Shown: positions 9,350 to 19,551, numbered from the stretch's first letter. The stretch: DNA of 64,000 bases from an uncultured Pseudobdellovibrionaceae bacterium (GCA_964579625.1 CAZOGU010000004.1:5496-69495); one strand, 5' to 3'. The notes: a model not told the origin generated them from the letters alone. Numbers and translations: made by a program.

Positions 9350-10954
9350 ATGAAAAGCGGTATGGAACGTCGGGACTTTTTGCACTTTATGGGGCGTTCG
9401 GCCACTCTTCTCACACTGCCTCCCCTCTTGAACACGGTCTCTTGCTCCAGTCTTCCACTGCCAGCAGGTCCTTTTCGTCAGCTCTCTGCAAGCACAAAAG
9501 ATGATCTACTTTTAGCAAAGGATTTGTCTTACGATATTTTGATAAAATACAATGAGTCCATCAACGCACAAGAATTTTTTGGCGCGAACAATGATTTTTT
9601 GGCGTTCACGCCCTTTAAAGACAAAAAAGATGAAGGCGTTCTGCTTGTTAATCATGAATATATTCATCCAGTTCTTATTCACGAACGAAAACTCGATTCT
9701 CCGCGCACTCGCGACGAAGTGATTCGTGAACAACTCGCTGTGGGCTGTTCTTTGATCCACATCAAAAAAATAAATCAGTCTTGGCAGTTTGTTAAAAACT
9801 CAAACTACAATCGAAGAATTTCGGCACGCACTCCGATTCCTTTCCAAAAAGGCTATCGTGTGCTCGACTCCACTGTTGCGATTGGCACCTTGGCCAACTG
9901 TGCCGGTGGTCAAACACCGTGGGGAACTGTTCTGACCTGCGAAGAAAACTACGATATTTTTTATGGTGATGTCACTTTTGAAAATAAAGAGCGAAAGTTT
10001 ATCGAAACCAACAAATACCGCTGGTTTGATTATTTTCCGCTCCCACCAGAGCACTATGGCTGGGTGGTCGAAATTGATCCTATGACCGGTAAAGCTGTAA
10101 AACGAAATGCTTTGGGGCGTTTTGAACATGAATGCGCCACAGTCAAAATCAGTAGAAATAAAAAAGCCGTCGTATACATGGGCGAAGACCGCAAGTTTGG
10201 ATTTATTTACAAGTTTGTTTCTGACAAAGGGCTTTCAATCGAATCGGGAACGCTTTATGTCGCTAATACAGAGAAGGGATTGTGGATTCCCTTGGATCTC
10301 AAAAAAAATCCATCCTTAAGAAAACATTTCGATCATCAGCACGACGTTTTAACGTACACCCGACTGGCGGCAATCCTTGCCGGCGGAACACAACAAGATC
10401 GCCCAGAGGATATCGAAATCGATCCTCTTACTGGAGATATTTTTATCTCCCTCACCAATAATATAGATCGCAATAATCATTACGGCTCGATATTAAAAAT
10501 CGTCGAAAAAAATAACAATGCCGAATCCCTTGAGTTTTCGTCATCCACTTGGTTGATTGGCGGCACAGAGGCTGGCATCGCCTGCCCTGACAATATGGTT
10601 TTTGATAAGAATGGAAATCTGTGGGTCACATCTGATATTTCCGAAGAAGAAACTGATCAAGGTCCCTATAATGGATTTGGGAACAACAGCCTTTATTTCG
10701 TCCCCCTCCGCGGTGAATTTGCGGGACAGGCTTATCGAATTGCGACGGCCCCTCGGGATGCGGAGTTTACAGGTCCGATGTTTTCCGATGATTCCAATAC
10801 TTTGTTTTTATGTGTTCAACACCCTGGAGCCAATACAACAGATCCAAAACACCCGACAAGCACATGGCCGTCACGCCAAGGGCTCCCTCAGTCCTCTGTG
10901 GTTACAATTCAGGGACCGCTGCTTGATCGGCTTTTACTTTTTAATTCGAAATGA
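9350..10954 (+). CDS. Tat-exported PhoX-like (DUF839) phosphatase
   Basis: Twin-arginine leader (ERRDFLHFMGRSA). NCAGGQTPWGTVLTCEEN and PEDIEIDP motifs as I remember them for PhoX/DUF839. Confidence 0.7.
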   Translation: MKSGMERRDFLHFMGRSATLLTLPPLLNTVSCSSLPLPAGPFRQLSASTKDDLLLAKDLSYDILIKYNESINAQEFFGANNDFLAFTPFKDKKDEGVLLVNHEYIHPVLIHERKLDSPRTRDEVIREQLAVGCSLIHIKKINQSWQFVKNSNYNRRISARTPIPFQKGYRVLDSTVAIGTLANCAGGQTPWGTVLTCEENYDIFYGDVTFENKERKFIETNKYRWFDYFPLPPEHYGWVVEIDPMTGKAVKRNALGRFEHECATVKISRNKKAVVYMGEDRKFGFIYKFVSDKGLSIESGTLYVANTEKGLWIPLDLKKNPSLRKHFDHQHDVLTYTRLAAILAGGTQQDRPEDIEIDPLTGDIFISLTNNIDRNNHYGSILKIVEKNNNAESLEFSSSTWLIGGTEAGIACPDNMVFDKNGNLWVTSDISEEETDQGPYNGFGNNSLYFVPLRGEFAGQAYRIATAPRDAEFTGPMFSDDSNTLFLCVQHPGANTTDPKHPTSTWPSRQGLPQSSVVTIQGPLLDRLLLFNSK

Positions 10955-11794
10955 GTGTACGCGTTTATCATAATCGAGAAGGCCTTGATCGATAGCATGG
11001 ATAATCACGTTTTCAATCGACTCGGGGCTGGTTTGCTGAATCATTTTGTAGGCTGGATCTTGTTGTACAATCCATAATTCTTCCACTTTAGCTTGTGCCG
11101 GAGTTAACTGCTCCCATTTCGGTTGTTGTTTTTCGCGGGAGTACATGTCTGCTGATAAAAATAAGATTCTGGTCATGTCTTCCAAAAGTTTCGGCTGACC
11201 ACGTGTGCTTAAAATTTCAAACATCACCCAATGATGAATGGGTGTTTGATCTCTTGAGAAATCTGGTCCCCATGTTAGATAAGAAATAACGGCATCCAAA
11301 AAATGTTTTTCCGTGATGCTTTTGTTTGGAATATCTTTAAAGCGTTGATTTAAAAACTCAATCGCTTCGAAAAGTTTATCGGACTGAGTGACCCGATTTA
11401 AGAGTTGGATTTCGTCCGCTTCGAAAAAGAATCCCCGACGAGCCAAAGCCTCCATCATGGGGAGCATGAAATAGTACTTTTTTCGCGACTTGCTAAGAGC
11501 ACGCAACTCTTCCGTTAGCTTTCGATTTTTTTCGTGAATTAAGAGCTCGCTTTCGAAAAAAAGTCTTTTCCAGAGCCGAGGGGTTGGCTGGAGCTGCTGG
11601 GTCAAATCCGCGGTTCGCTGATCAATATAATTAATTCTTTGTGGAGTGTTCATATGAGCGAAGTCTTTGGCATCTTTTACGGCGCCGCCGCGAAAGGCTC
11701 TTGCCTCAAAAACCTCAGTGCAGAAAAAGGCCTGGGCTGGTAAAGCGCTTATTATGATACTCAAAATGATTAAAAGAGACCCCATATTGTTCAT
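10934..11794 (-). CDS. Secreted hypothetical protein
   Basis: Signal peptide (LLIILSIIISALPAQA). No family recognised. The 3' end overlaps the phoX-like 3' end by 21 nt. Confidence 0.55.
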   Translation of the reverse strand: MNNMGSLLIILSIIISALPAQAFFCTEVFEARAFRGGAVKDAKDFAHMNTPQRINYIDQRTADLTQQLQPTPRLWKRLFFESELLIHEKNRKLTEELRALSKSRKKYYFMLPMMEALARRGFFFEADEIQLLNRVTQSDKLFEAIEFLNQRFKDIPNKSITEKHFLDAVISYLTWGPDFSRDQTPIHHWVMFEILSTRGQPKLLEDMTRILFLSADMYSREKQQPKWEQLTPAQAKVEELWIVQQDPAYKMIQQTSPESIENVIIHAIDQGLLDYDKRVHSFRIKK

Positions 11795-11913
11795 CCTCAG
11801 TCCCAGATGGAACTTTTAAAAGCTAGATTCCCTCGTACAGTATGCAAACCTTTGATGTTTGGAAAGCTTAACGCCCTTTTCACGAAAAAATGACAGGTTT
11901 GACTAGATATTTG

Positions 11914-12531
11914 TCACCATTCTTGGCTATTGCCTTGCGAGAACGCCTTCGACATATCGCCCATGCATTCCATCGCTGCTAAAAGCGAACGCTCATGAGT
12001 TAAGCGAACCTCGTTGCTCTTCACATCAACTTTATGAATTAAAATTTGCCACAGCATTTGAATATCATAGGCGTCGCTTTCTGTGCACTCTAAGTGGCCA
12101 TTGAGCGATGCCGTATAACCGTTGATCTCTTGAAGGTAGTGAACAAGTTCATGAACCAAAGCCAGTTCCAGCTCCTGTTGATTGTCTTTGATTGTGTTAG
12201 AAACATAGATTGTTTTTCTTGAGGCATCGTAGACTGCAGATACCGTGTTAAGTTTTTTTCCTTGCGCCTCAGCCTGAGCATACTCAAGATCGCCGTAGGC
12301 AAAGACCTGCACCAATCCATGATCTTCGAATTGGATTTGTGGGAGTTCTTCACCCTGATACTTGTGCGACGTCCACTCAACGATAAAATCAATATACGGT
12401 TTTAACTGAGGTTGAGCGTCCGCTGGTTTTTGATTTTCTTTTGGAGTCACAGGCTGTAAGCGAATGATCTCAGCTCCAGCAAATGAACCCAAAAGCAGAA
12501 TAGATAACAGAAAAATACAAAAATTTTTCAT
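11914..12531 (-). CDS. Secreted protein with an HExxH zinc-metallopeptidase-like motif
   Basis: Signal peptide (FLLSILLLGSFAGA) and LALVHELVHYLQ. Confidence 0.55.
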   Translation of the reverse strand: MKNFCIFLLSILLLGSFAGAEIIRLQPVTPKENQKPADAQPQLKPYIDFIVEWTSHKYQGEELPQIQFEDHGLVQVFAYGDLEYAQAEAQGKKLNTVSAVYDASRKTIYVSNTIKDNQQELELALVHELVHYLQEINGYTASLNGHLECTESDAYDIQMLWQILIHKVDVKSNEVRLTHERSLLAAMECMGDMSKAFSQGNSQEW

Positions 12532-12673
12532 TGATAACCCCTTGATACGAACAACCCTTCCATGCAGTTACCGCAAACGCGAAAGGTTCACCAATGATTC
12601 TTGGGGGGTATATAAATTATATAGGCCTAGAGTCGATCCAATGGCGCCTCCTCACAAAGGCGCCACGCATAAA

Positions 12674-13153
12674 CTATTTCTTCGCAAAGCCTTTGATCAT
12701 TTTAGCACAAGCGGACCCGTCGAGTTCGGGGAGAGTTTCGCGAGTGACACGGAAAACTTTTGTCCAAAGGCAGCTCGCCTCTGCTTCAGAAACCATCATG
12801 TCTTTTGTGGTTTTTCCACAATAAGTCATTGCGGGATTGTTGCATGTTTTGCCAAGCTTCTCTTTGTTTTGAGTGTAAAGCTTTGTAAACTCTTCGTTGG
12901 AAATCTGTTGTGTCACCTTGGGACCCATCAGCGCGCTCATCGCTTCCCCATGGTGATGATGGTCGTATGTGTTTTTTCCCTCGCAGTTTGCACACTCATG
13001 TTTTTTATCGTCTTTTTTTTGCATGGCACAGCCACAGTTTTTATTTTCTTCGGCTGTTTTATTGCAACCGCTATCGGCTCCCATGTCTCCATGGTGTTTG
13101 TGGGCGCAGGCACTCACAAGAACTGTCATCATAACCACTAATAAATACTTCAT
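12674..13153 (-). CDS. Cys/His-rich lipoprotein, putative metal-binding
   Basis: AAGGAG SD upstream. Lipobox LVSAC. HKHH, CGC, CANCEG and DHHHHGE clusters. Confidence 0.6.
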   Translation of the reverse strand: MKYLLVVMMTVLVSACAHKHHGDMGADSGCNKTAEENKNCGCAMQKKDDKKHECANCEGKNTYDHHHHGEAMSALMGPKVTQQISNEEFTKLYTQNKEKLGKTCNNPAMTYCGKTTKDMMVSEAEASCLWTKVFRVTRETLPELDGSACAKMIKGFAKK

Positions 13154-13301
13154 AGACCACTCCTTTGTTGTTTATCCGTCATCCTTAAAGTAGGGAAAGG
13201 TCTTTCAGGATTCCAGTCATTGGCAAATAGGCTAGCAACTATGTGGGGGGCTGACAATATTGAACTCGACTGCTTTGTTGGAATACGACTCTGTCTTGAA
13301 G

Positions 13302-14606
13302 CTAAAATGACGGTAAAAAGAGATAGCAGAGGCAGACGATGATTGTTGGGGGGAGTGCTGCTAAAAGGAGCTTTAGCGGGCTGATTACGCCGTCCTTAAA
13401 ACTATCTTTGAGAATGCCGTAGCCTGCGGGGTTGGGGGCATTGGCGATAACTGTAAGACCGCCTCCAGAAACTGCGCCTGCCACGAGGTAATATTTTGCG
13501 GTGTCGCTTAACTCTACGAGGGAGCCGAGATATGTGAGGGCGGCATTATCTGTGATGGCCGTGAGGCCGGTTGCTCCAAAATACAGCACGATATCGCTCA
13601 TGCTGACGAGCAAATCCTTCAACCACCACTTTTGCATTGAACCTAAAACCACTAGCCCGCCAAGAAAAAATCCAACCATCAGTGATTCTTTGAGCTTGAG
13701 TTCATCCTGGTATTCTTTTGTCACTGTGGCAAAACCAATAAAAAAGAGAAAAAGGGCGATAAAGAACGTGGGATGATGTGATGTCATCACAACAGCTCCT
13801 AAAAAAAGCAGATGAATTGTATACATCCACCACGGTGGTTTCATTTGCCCCTTTGGACTCCGATGTTGAGCAAGTGGCTCCGAGAGTTCTTTTCGAAAAA
13901 TAAAAACATACAACACGGTCGATGCGAGGATGGCCGTGGCAGCTTTCCAACCAAAATTGAGAATCATGTGCTCAACACCCCAGCCATACTTTGTTGCCAC
14001 CATCAGCACCGGCGGTGCTGCAAAATGGGTGAGCGTACCGCCGACTGAGATATTTACAAACAGCAATCCGATGGTCGCGTATTTAAATTTTTCTGACATT
14101 TTGTGTTTAAAAAACAAATCCAAAAGAATCATAGCGGTGACCGTCATGGCCGCGGGCTCGGTGATAAAGGAGCCCAGGAGGGGGCCCAAAACCAAGGCTG
14201 AGAGGTAAAAGGCCATTTTTGGTGGAAGTGGAAAAATCTTGGAGAAAAAGACAATGCTCTTTTCTGCAAGCAGAACAATGGGGCGTGTCGCCGCCATACA
14301 CATAATCACGAAAACAAAGAGCGGCTCTGTAAAATTTTGCGATTCCAGATAGTGAAGCGCGCCGCCGGTGGCGTGATTCCCTTCGTAAATCGCAAAGCCC
14401 TCGTAATACGAAAAGACGAGCAAAAAAACGGCGGCCCACATTCCAAAAACGGCTTCCACTTCTCCCAAAATATGAAATAAATTTTCTCCAACGGAACCTC
14501 GTGGATAGTTGTGGGCCCATTTTTGAAAAAATCCCACGGAAAAGGTGTGCAAAACAGCCAGAAAAAATAAAATCGTGGCAATAAGTTCGATTTGTGTGGG
14601 CTGCAT
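13302..14606 (-). CDS. Polytopic membrane transporter-like protein, possibly the putative Na+/H+ antiporter (DUF1504-like) family
   Basis: More than 10 hydrophobic segments. The N-terminus LFFLAVLHTFSVGFF resembles that family from memory. Start placed at the ATG at 14606. Confidence 0.55.
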   Translation of the reverse strand: MQPTQIELIATILFFLAVLHTFSVGFFQKWAHNYPRGSVGENLFHILGEVEAVFGMWAAVFLLVFSYYEGFAIYEGNHATGGALHYLESQNFTEPLFVFVIMCMAATRPIVLLAEKSIVFFSKIFPLPPKMAFYLSALVLGPLLGSFITEPAAMTVTAMILLDLFFKHKMSEKFKYATIGLLFVNISVGGTLTHFAAPPVLMVATKYGWGVEHMILNFGWKAATAILASTVLYVFIFRKELSEPLAQHRSPKGQMKPPWWMYTIHLLFLGAVVMTSHHPTFFIALFLFFIGFATVTKEYQDELKLKESLMVGFFLGGLVVLGSMQKWWLKDLLVSMSDIVLYFGATGLTAITDNAALTYLGSLVELSDTAKYYLVAGAVSGGGLTVIANAPNPAGYGILKDSFKDGVISPLKLLLAALPPTIIVCLCYLFLPSF

Positions 14607-14730
14607 GGGTCTCTCTTTGAAAAAAATTATGTAACACGAGGACTTTGTTCTATTGTACGGAATTGCCAAGCATCGTCAAGTTTGAGTGGTCAAGTTTGTA
14701 TCGTCTCGAGCCCGATGCTAACCTTTACAA

Positions 14731-15474
14731 ATGCTGACCGTGAGTGCCTTGATCCCCGTCTATAACGAAGTCCGAACTTTGCCCGAAGTGATTAAAAAGC
14801 TTTTGTCGATCGCATCGATCACAGAAATTATCGTCGTTGATGATGGATCCAAGGATGGCACATACGAGTTTCTCAAAAATTTTCACGATCCCAAGGTCCG
14901 CGTTTTTTTCCACGAAAAAAATAAAGGCAAAACTGCGGCCATCCAAACGGCGCTGAGCCACGCCGCAAGCGACGTTTGTATTGTTCAGGATGCGGATCTG
15001 GAATACAACCCAGAGGAAATCCCCGCCGTTATAGCGCCTATTTTATCGGGCAAAGCCGACGTGGTTTACGGAAGTCGCTTCCTCGTGCGTAAAGAATCCC
15101 GCGTTCTTTATTATTATCATTTTCTCGCCAATAAATTTTTAACTTTTTTGTGCAACCTGCTCACCAATCTTAATATGACGGACATTCAGACTGGATATAA
15201 GGCCTTTCGCACTTTTATTGTTAAAGACGTCGGTCTCACCGCCTCGGGCTTTGGAATGGAGATCGAGCTCACGGTCCTTGTCAGCTGTATTTCCGCACGC
15301 ATTTACGAAGTGCCGATCTCTTATTACGGCCGTACTTATGACGAAGGAAAAAAAATTGGCTTTAAAGATGGCATCGCTGCCATTTGGTACATTGTTTACT
15401 ATAACTTTTGGTTCGCTTTCAACCCCGTCCAGCGCGCCAAGCTGGCGCGAATCAAACAGAAGCTGCGAAGATAA
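14731..15474 (+). CDS. Family 2 glycosyltransferase (Dpm1-like)
   Basis: LIPVYNE..VVDDGSKDGT and VQDADLEY (DxD) motifs. Confidence 0.8.
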   Translation: MLTVSALIPVYNEVRTLPEVIKKLLSIASITEIIVVDDGSKDGTYEFLKNFHDPKVRVFFHEKNKGKTAAIQTALSHAASDVCIVQDADLEYNPEEIPAVIAPILSGKADVVYGSRFLVRKESRVLYYYHFLANKFLTFLCNLLTNLNMTDIQTGYKAFRTFIVKDVGLTASGFGMEIELTVLVSCISARIYEVPISYYGRTYDEGKKIGFKDGIAAIWYIVYYNFWFAFNPVQRAKLARIKQKLRR

Positions 15475-16323
15475 TTAAAAATGAGTTTTCCAGAGCTGGT
15501 TGAGGGTTTTTAGGAGCTCCGCCATTTCGTGAAGCGGCAAACTGCTCGGCCCGTCGCAAAGCGCCTGATCGGGACGAGGGTGAGTTTCGATAAATAAACC
15601 ATCCACGCCAACCGCCATGGCCGCTTTCGCAAGCACAGGAATCATATCGGAGCGTCCGCCACTGGCGACGCCTGAAGCACCAGGCAATTGTGTGGAGTGC
15701 GAGGCATCCATAATCACAGGCACGCCTAGGGAGCGCATATCGACGAGGCCCATCATGTCGTTGATGAGTCGATTGTAACCAAAGGTGGTTCCGCGTTCGC
15801 AGAGAAGAATTTTTTCGTTGCCTGCGGCCTTCATTTTTTCGACCACGGACTTCATATCCCAGGGAGCTAAAAACTGACCTTTTTTGATGTGAATGACTTT
15901 TTGAGTTTCGGCAGCAGCGATGAGTAAATCGGTTTGTCGCGATAGGAACGCTGGAATTTGAATCACATCTGCGACTTCAGCAACGGCCTTCATCTGTGTG
16001 GTTTCGTGAACATCCGTAAGCACTGCACAGCCGAGTTTACTTTTGATGCGCCCAAGGATATCGAGGCCCTGCTGAACACCGTGTCCGCGAAAGCTTTTGC
16101 CACTGGTGCGATTGGCTTTATCAAAGGAGCACTTGAGCACCCACGGAACTCCGTGCTCGGTGGTGAGCTTTTTAAGCTCCTGGCCGATTTCTAAGACCAT
16201 GCCTTCATCCTCGACGATATCGGGGCCGGCAAAGAGCGCCCATTGCTTACAATCACCCCAGGTGATGGTTTGGGTTGGTGTTTTGAGCTGCACAGTTTTG
16301 GCTAAAGGCTTCATTTTATACAT
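15475..16323 (-). CDS. kdsA: 3-deoxy-8-phosphooctulonate (KDO8P) synthase
   Basis: FAGPDIVE, KCSFDKANRTSG, full-length similarity to KdsA and the DASHS motif. Confidence 0.92.
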   Translation of the reverse strand: MYKMKPLAKTVQLKTPTQTITWGDCKQWALFAGPDIVEDEGMVLEIGQELKKLTTEHGVPWVLKCSFDKANRTSGKSFRGHGVQQGLDILGRIKSKLGCAVLTDVHETTQMKAVAEVADVIQIPAFLSRQTDLLIAAAETQKVIHIKKGQFLAPWDMKSVVEKMKAAGNEKILLCERGTTFGYNRLINDMMGLVDMRSLGVPVIMDASHSTQLPGASGVASGGRSDMIPVLAKAAMAVGVDGLFIETHPRPDQALCDGPSSLPLHEMAELLKTLNQLWKTHF

Positions 16324-16467
16324 GGGTTTTGTGGTACCGCTAGACAGGCTGGTCTGTCAGCGATTTTGTGAGTCCGACGATCGAGCCAGCGGATAATTGG
16401 GCGGAGCGTTATGTTCCCGCCAATTAACCCCCTCCATCGAGAGTGAGAACCCGCAATTGCGTTCCAC

Positions 16468-16495
16468 CCATGGATCAGATATTTCTGATCCATGG
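16468..16495. promoter_or_regulatory. Perfect 12-4-12 inverted repeat overlapping the rmlD start codon
   Basis: CCATGGATCAGA-TATT-TCTGATCCATGG. The ATG at 16492-16494 lies in the right arm. No SD is visible upstream. Confidence 0.45.
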
Positions 16496-17316
16496 TCGTC
16501 GTCTTTGGAAAAAACGGGCAAGTGGCTCAAGCCCTCTTTGCTCTTCAACCTGATTTTCATTTCCTATCGAGTGCGGACGCGCCCTTTACGGACCCGCAAA
16601 GAGTTCTTGCACACCTTGATCGCCGCAAACCCAAATGTGTTATCAACGCCGCCGCTTACACGGCCGTCGATAAGGCCGAAAGCGAGCGAGAACTTTCGTT
16701 GCAAATCAACGCTGAAACACCCGGCCTTATTGCAAAGTGGTGCAAAGAAAACGGCGCCATGTTGATTCATTATTCCACAGATTATGTTTTTGACGGTTCT
16801 GGCGAAAAACCTTGGGTGGAAACAGATCCCACGTCACCAGTGAACTGGTACGGGCACACCAAGCTCGAAGGCGAAAAAGAAATTCTGAAAACAGGATGCG
16901 ATGCTTACATCTTTCGCGTGTCGTGGATTTACAGTGATGTTGGTCATAACTTTGCCAAAACCATTCGCCGGTTGGCGCAGGAAAAAAAAGAATTACGAAT
17001 TGTGAGCGATCAATGGGGCGCCCCTACGAAAGCTGCGGACATTGCCACGGCGACAGTGGCGCTGACAAAAAAACTGTTGGCAAAAGAGTCCACGCCAAAG
17101 CCAGGGATTTACCATTTGCGATTTTCACCGTTTATGACGTGGTTTGATTTTGCGAAGGAGATCATCGAGGACGCTCGTCAGAAGGGACTTCCGCTGGTCT
17201 TAGAAACCTTAACGCCAATCACAAGTGAGGACTTCCCGACTCCTGCCAAACGACCCAAAAACTCTCGTTTGGACACACTTTTTCCAAAGGCTTTTGGGAG
17301 CCTCTCTGATGTCTAA
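16492..17316 (+). CDS. rfbD: dTDP-4-dehydrorhamnose reductase
   Basis: VFGKNGQVAQAL, INAAAYTAVDKAE, STDYVFDG and YGHTKLEGE motifs. Confidence 0.9.
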   Translation: MVVVFGKNGQVAQALFALQPDFHFLSSADAPFTDPQRVLAHLDRRKPKCVINAAAYTAVDKAESERELSLQINAETPGLIAKWCKENGAMLIHYSTDYVFDGSGEKPWVETDPTSPVNWYGHTKLEGEKEILKTGCDAYIFRVSWIYSDVGHNFAKTIRRLAQEKKELRIVSDQWGAPTKAADIATATVALTKKLLAKESTPKPGIYHLRFSPFMTWFDFAKEIIEDARQKGLPLVLETLTPITSEDFPTPAKRPKNSRLDTLFPKAFGSLSDV

Positions 17317-18592
17317 GATCGACAAAAAAAACCTGCTATTTTTATCTTATGGCGAAGACCTGTTTCAGAATCCGATTTTACAAAATCAATTCATTCAGTT
17401 TGCTGAAAACTTTGATCAAGACAAATTCAATATTCATATCTACAGCTTTGTACCGATTTCACGAAAGCGTCTTTTTGAAAATAAAAAATGGAATGAAGAA
17501 AAAACAGCCCTTCAAAATCGACTCCAGCAGAAGAACATTTCATTTCGGATCAGAACCCTCCCCGTATTGGCAAACTGGCTTTACTCAAATGTATGGCAGT
17601 TTTTTCTTTTTCACACTCCGTGGCAGCATTTGATATTGGCTTGGTATATTCGTCGCCATCAGATTCATTTTGTTTCCGCGCGCAGTTACCATGCCGGTTT
17701 TGTCGCATTAAGAGTTCGACAACTTTTTGGCCTGAAGTGCAAAGTGCATTTTGACCCGCGCAGTTTGTTTGTTGAAGAAGGTCAGCTTCTTAAAAAGATT
17801 CGAGGACTTTCTCTGTGGATGTGGAATCGTATCGAGAAGTACGTTTACGAAAAAGCGGATCTAGTGACTTTTGTTTCAGAGCCGTTTTTAGAGATGCAAA
17901 ATCAGAAGTTTAAAATAAAAAAGTCACTTTTGATGTACACTCATGTTGATATCGAAAAAATCAAATTTGTTGAAAATAAACCGATGTCGCCCCTGCGCTT
18001 TTGCTATCTGGGGCAGCTCGATCATACTGGGTGGCATCGAATTAAGAATCTTTTTGATCTTTTCGAGGTTCTACAAAAAGAATTTCCTGATTGCCAGCTT
18101 AGGATCATTACGAAGTCCAATCCTGAAGGTATTAAACAGGAACAGCAAATGCGGAATGTTAAGAATGTGGAGATTGTGTCATCTTCTTCACTGACGGAGA
18201 CTTCGAAGCTGTTGGAAAGTTGTCATTTTGGGCTATTGACCTACAAAGAAAACCGGAGCCAATCAACATTTGAAAAAAAACTCTCTTCGATAGGTTTCGG
18301 TTCGAAATGTGCCGAGTACCTTGCTGCCGGGCTTCCCCTTCTTTATCGACGTGAGATTGAAGGCTTGGACACTTTTGCTAAATACAAGAGCATCGGCGCC
18401 TCATATTTGATCGGAGAAGATATCAGCCTAGTTAAAGATATTTTATCTATCATAAAGAACTATAATAACATTTCGCAAAATTGTAGGAGCGTAGCCCTAG
18501 CTCATTTTAACGTAACGAACAATATTAAAAATATACAGTCCGAGTGCCTAGTAATTTATAAGAACTCAATCACAAACAATAATCTAGTGTAA
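17309..18592 (+). CDS. Putative GT-B (group 1-like) glycosyltransferase
   Basis: The ATG at 17309 overlaps the rfbD stop. C-terminal CAEYLAAGLPLLY resembles the GT1/GT4 acceptor-lobe motif. The assignment is weak. Confidence 0.45.
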   Translation: MSKIDKKNLLFLSYGEDLFQNPILQNQFIQFAENFDQDKFNIHIYSFVPISRKRLFENKKWNEEKTALQNRLQQKNISFRIRTLPVLANWLYSNVWQFFLFHTPWQHLILAWYIRRHQIHFVSARSYHAGFVALRVRQLFGLKCKVHFDPRSLFVEEGQLLKKIRGLSLWMWNRIEKYVYEKADLVTFVSEPFLEMQNQKFKIKKSLLMYTHVDIEKIKFVENKPMSPLRFCYLGQLDHTGWHRIKNLFDLFEVLQKEFPDCQLRIITKSNPEGIKQEQQMRNVKNVEIVSSSSLTETSKLLESCHFGLLTYKENRSQSTFEKKLSSIGFGSKCAEYLAAGLPLLYRREIEGLDTFAKYKSIGASYLIGEDISLVKDILSIIKNYNNISQNCRSVALAHFNVTNNIKNIQSECLVIYKNSITNNNLV

Positions 18593-18594
18593 CG

Positions 18595-19551
18595 TTATTT
18601 TACTTTTTTCGATTTTATAAATAGAAAAATTCCTAAAAAAATAAAGGGAATATCCATCATTTGATTCATTGTAAATAAGGCCGCAGCTTCAGATTTTGCT
18701 CCTAGAAAAATATCAAACAAAGAAGTGTATAGCACTTGCCCGACCCCAATTGAACCAGGTGTTAATGGAATGACCATGGCTAACGTTGCCAAAGGAACAA
18801 CCACCAAACAACTCACAAAGGTGATTTCATTTATATTCAAAATTAAAGCACACTGATATAAAAAAAAGGCAAAAATGAGATGCACAATTAAGCCTAAACT
18901 TATAGCTCTAAACCAAAATACAAATGATTTAAGCTGCAGAATTATTAACATAAGATATTCAAGTTTTTTTCTAAACCAATAAACGATCATTCCGCCTGAA
19001 AGCAAAAAACTAACAGTTAAAAGTATCACAAAATAAGATGGCGCTGGTATTTTAACAAAGGAAATAAGTCGATTTACATTCGCCTCTATATATGGGTAGG
19101 CCAGAAAAATAGAGCCGGCCATTAATATCAGCATTGAGATTAATCCAATTAGTCGATCTAAAAAAGTAGCCGTAATAATTTTCCCACCTTGTCTATACAA
19201 CTTGGCAGCATAAATACCCTTAAAAAGATCCGCAGACACATTACCCGGAATAAAGTAACTAAATAAGGTTGTTTGCAAGTTAAGCTGAAGAGACTGAACT
19301 AAACTTAATTCCACCTTTAATTCCTTAAGGACAAAAAACCATCTCAAGCTTGCTGCGTATAAAATAATGAATTTTAAAAAAAGTAGAAAAATAAAATTAA
19401 CAAACGAGATCTTATTAAAGATTTCAAATAAATTAAATTGCCCTTGTCTCACTAAATAATAAACGAGTGCTCCACCTAAACCATAACGAAATAATAGAGG
19501 AATAGATCTCATAAATATGCTTTGGTTTTTAAAAAATGTTTGAATACTCAT
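18595..19551 (-). CDS. UPF0104 / LPG-synthase-TM-like 'flippase-like' membrane protein
   Basis: About 8 TM segments. FIPGNVSADLFKG resembles the family motif. Very AT-rich. Confidence 0.5.
   Translation of the reverse strand: MSIQTFFKNQSIFMRSIPLLFRYGLGGALVYYLVRQGQFNLFEIFNKISFVNFIFLLFLKFIILYAASLRWFFVLKELKVELSLVQSLQLNLQTTLFSYFIPGNVSADLFKGIYAAKLYRQGGKIITATFLDRLIGLISMLILMAGSIFLAYPYIEANVNRLISFVKIPAPSYFVILLTVSFLLSGGMIVYWFRKKLEYLMLIILQLKSFVFWFRAISLGLIVHLIFAFFLYQCALILNINEITFVSCLVVVPLATLAMVIPLTPGSIGVGQVLYTSLFDIFLGAKSEAAALFTMNQMMDIPFIFLGIFLFIKSKKVK

Noticed and set aside
12464-13141. 225-aa plus-strand ORF
   Set aside because: It overlaps two better-supported minus-strand genes. The minus-strand 159-aa ORF has an AAGGAG SD, a lipobox and coherent Cys/His motifs. 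The plus-strand translation looks like junk.
14107-14637. 176-aa and 91-aa alternative-frame minus-strand ORFs and several plus-strand ORFs inside 13302-14669
   Set aside because: They overlap the long, coherent multi-TM ORF. Their translations are Arg/Gly/Phe-rich, which is typical of off-frame reads.
16324-16467. Riboswitch or JUMPstart/ops element (GGCGGTAG) in the GC-rich kdsA-rmlD intergenic region
   Set aside because: No ops 8-mer was found on either strand and no riboswitch core was recognised. Only short inverted repeats are present.
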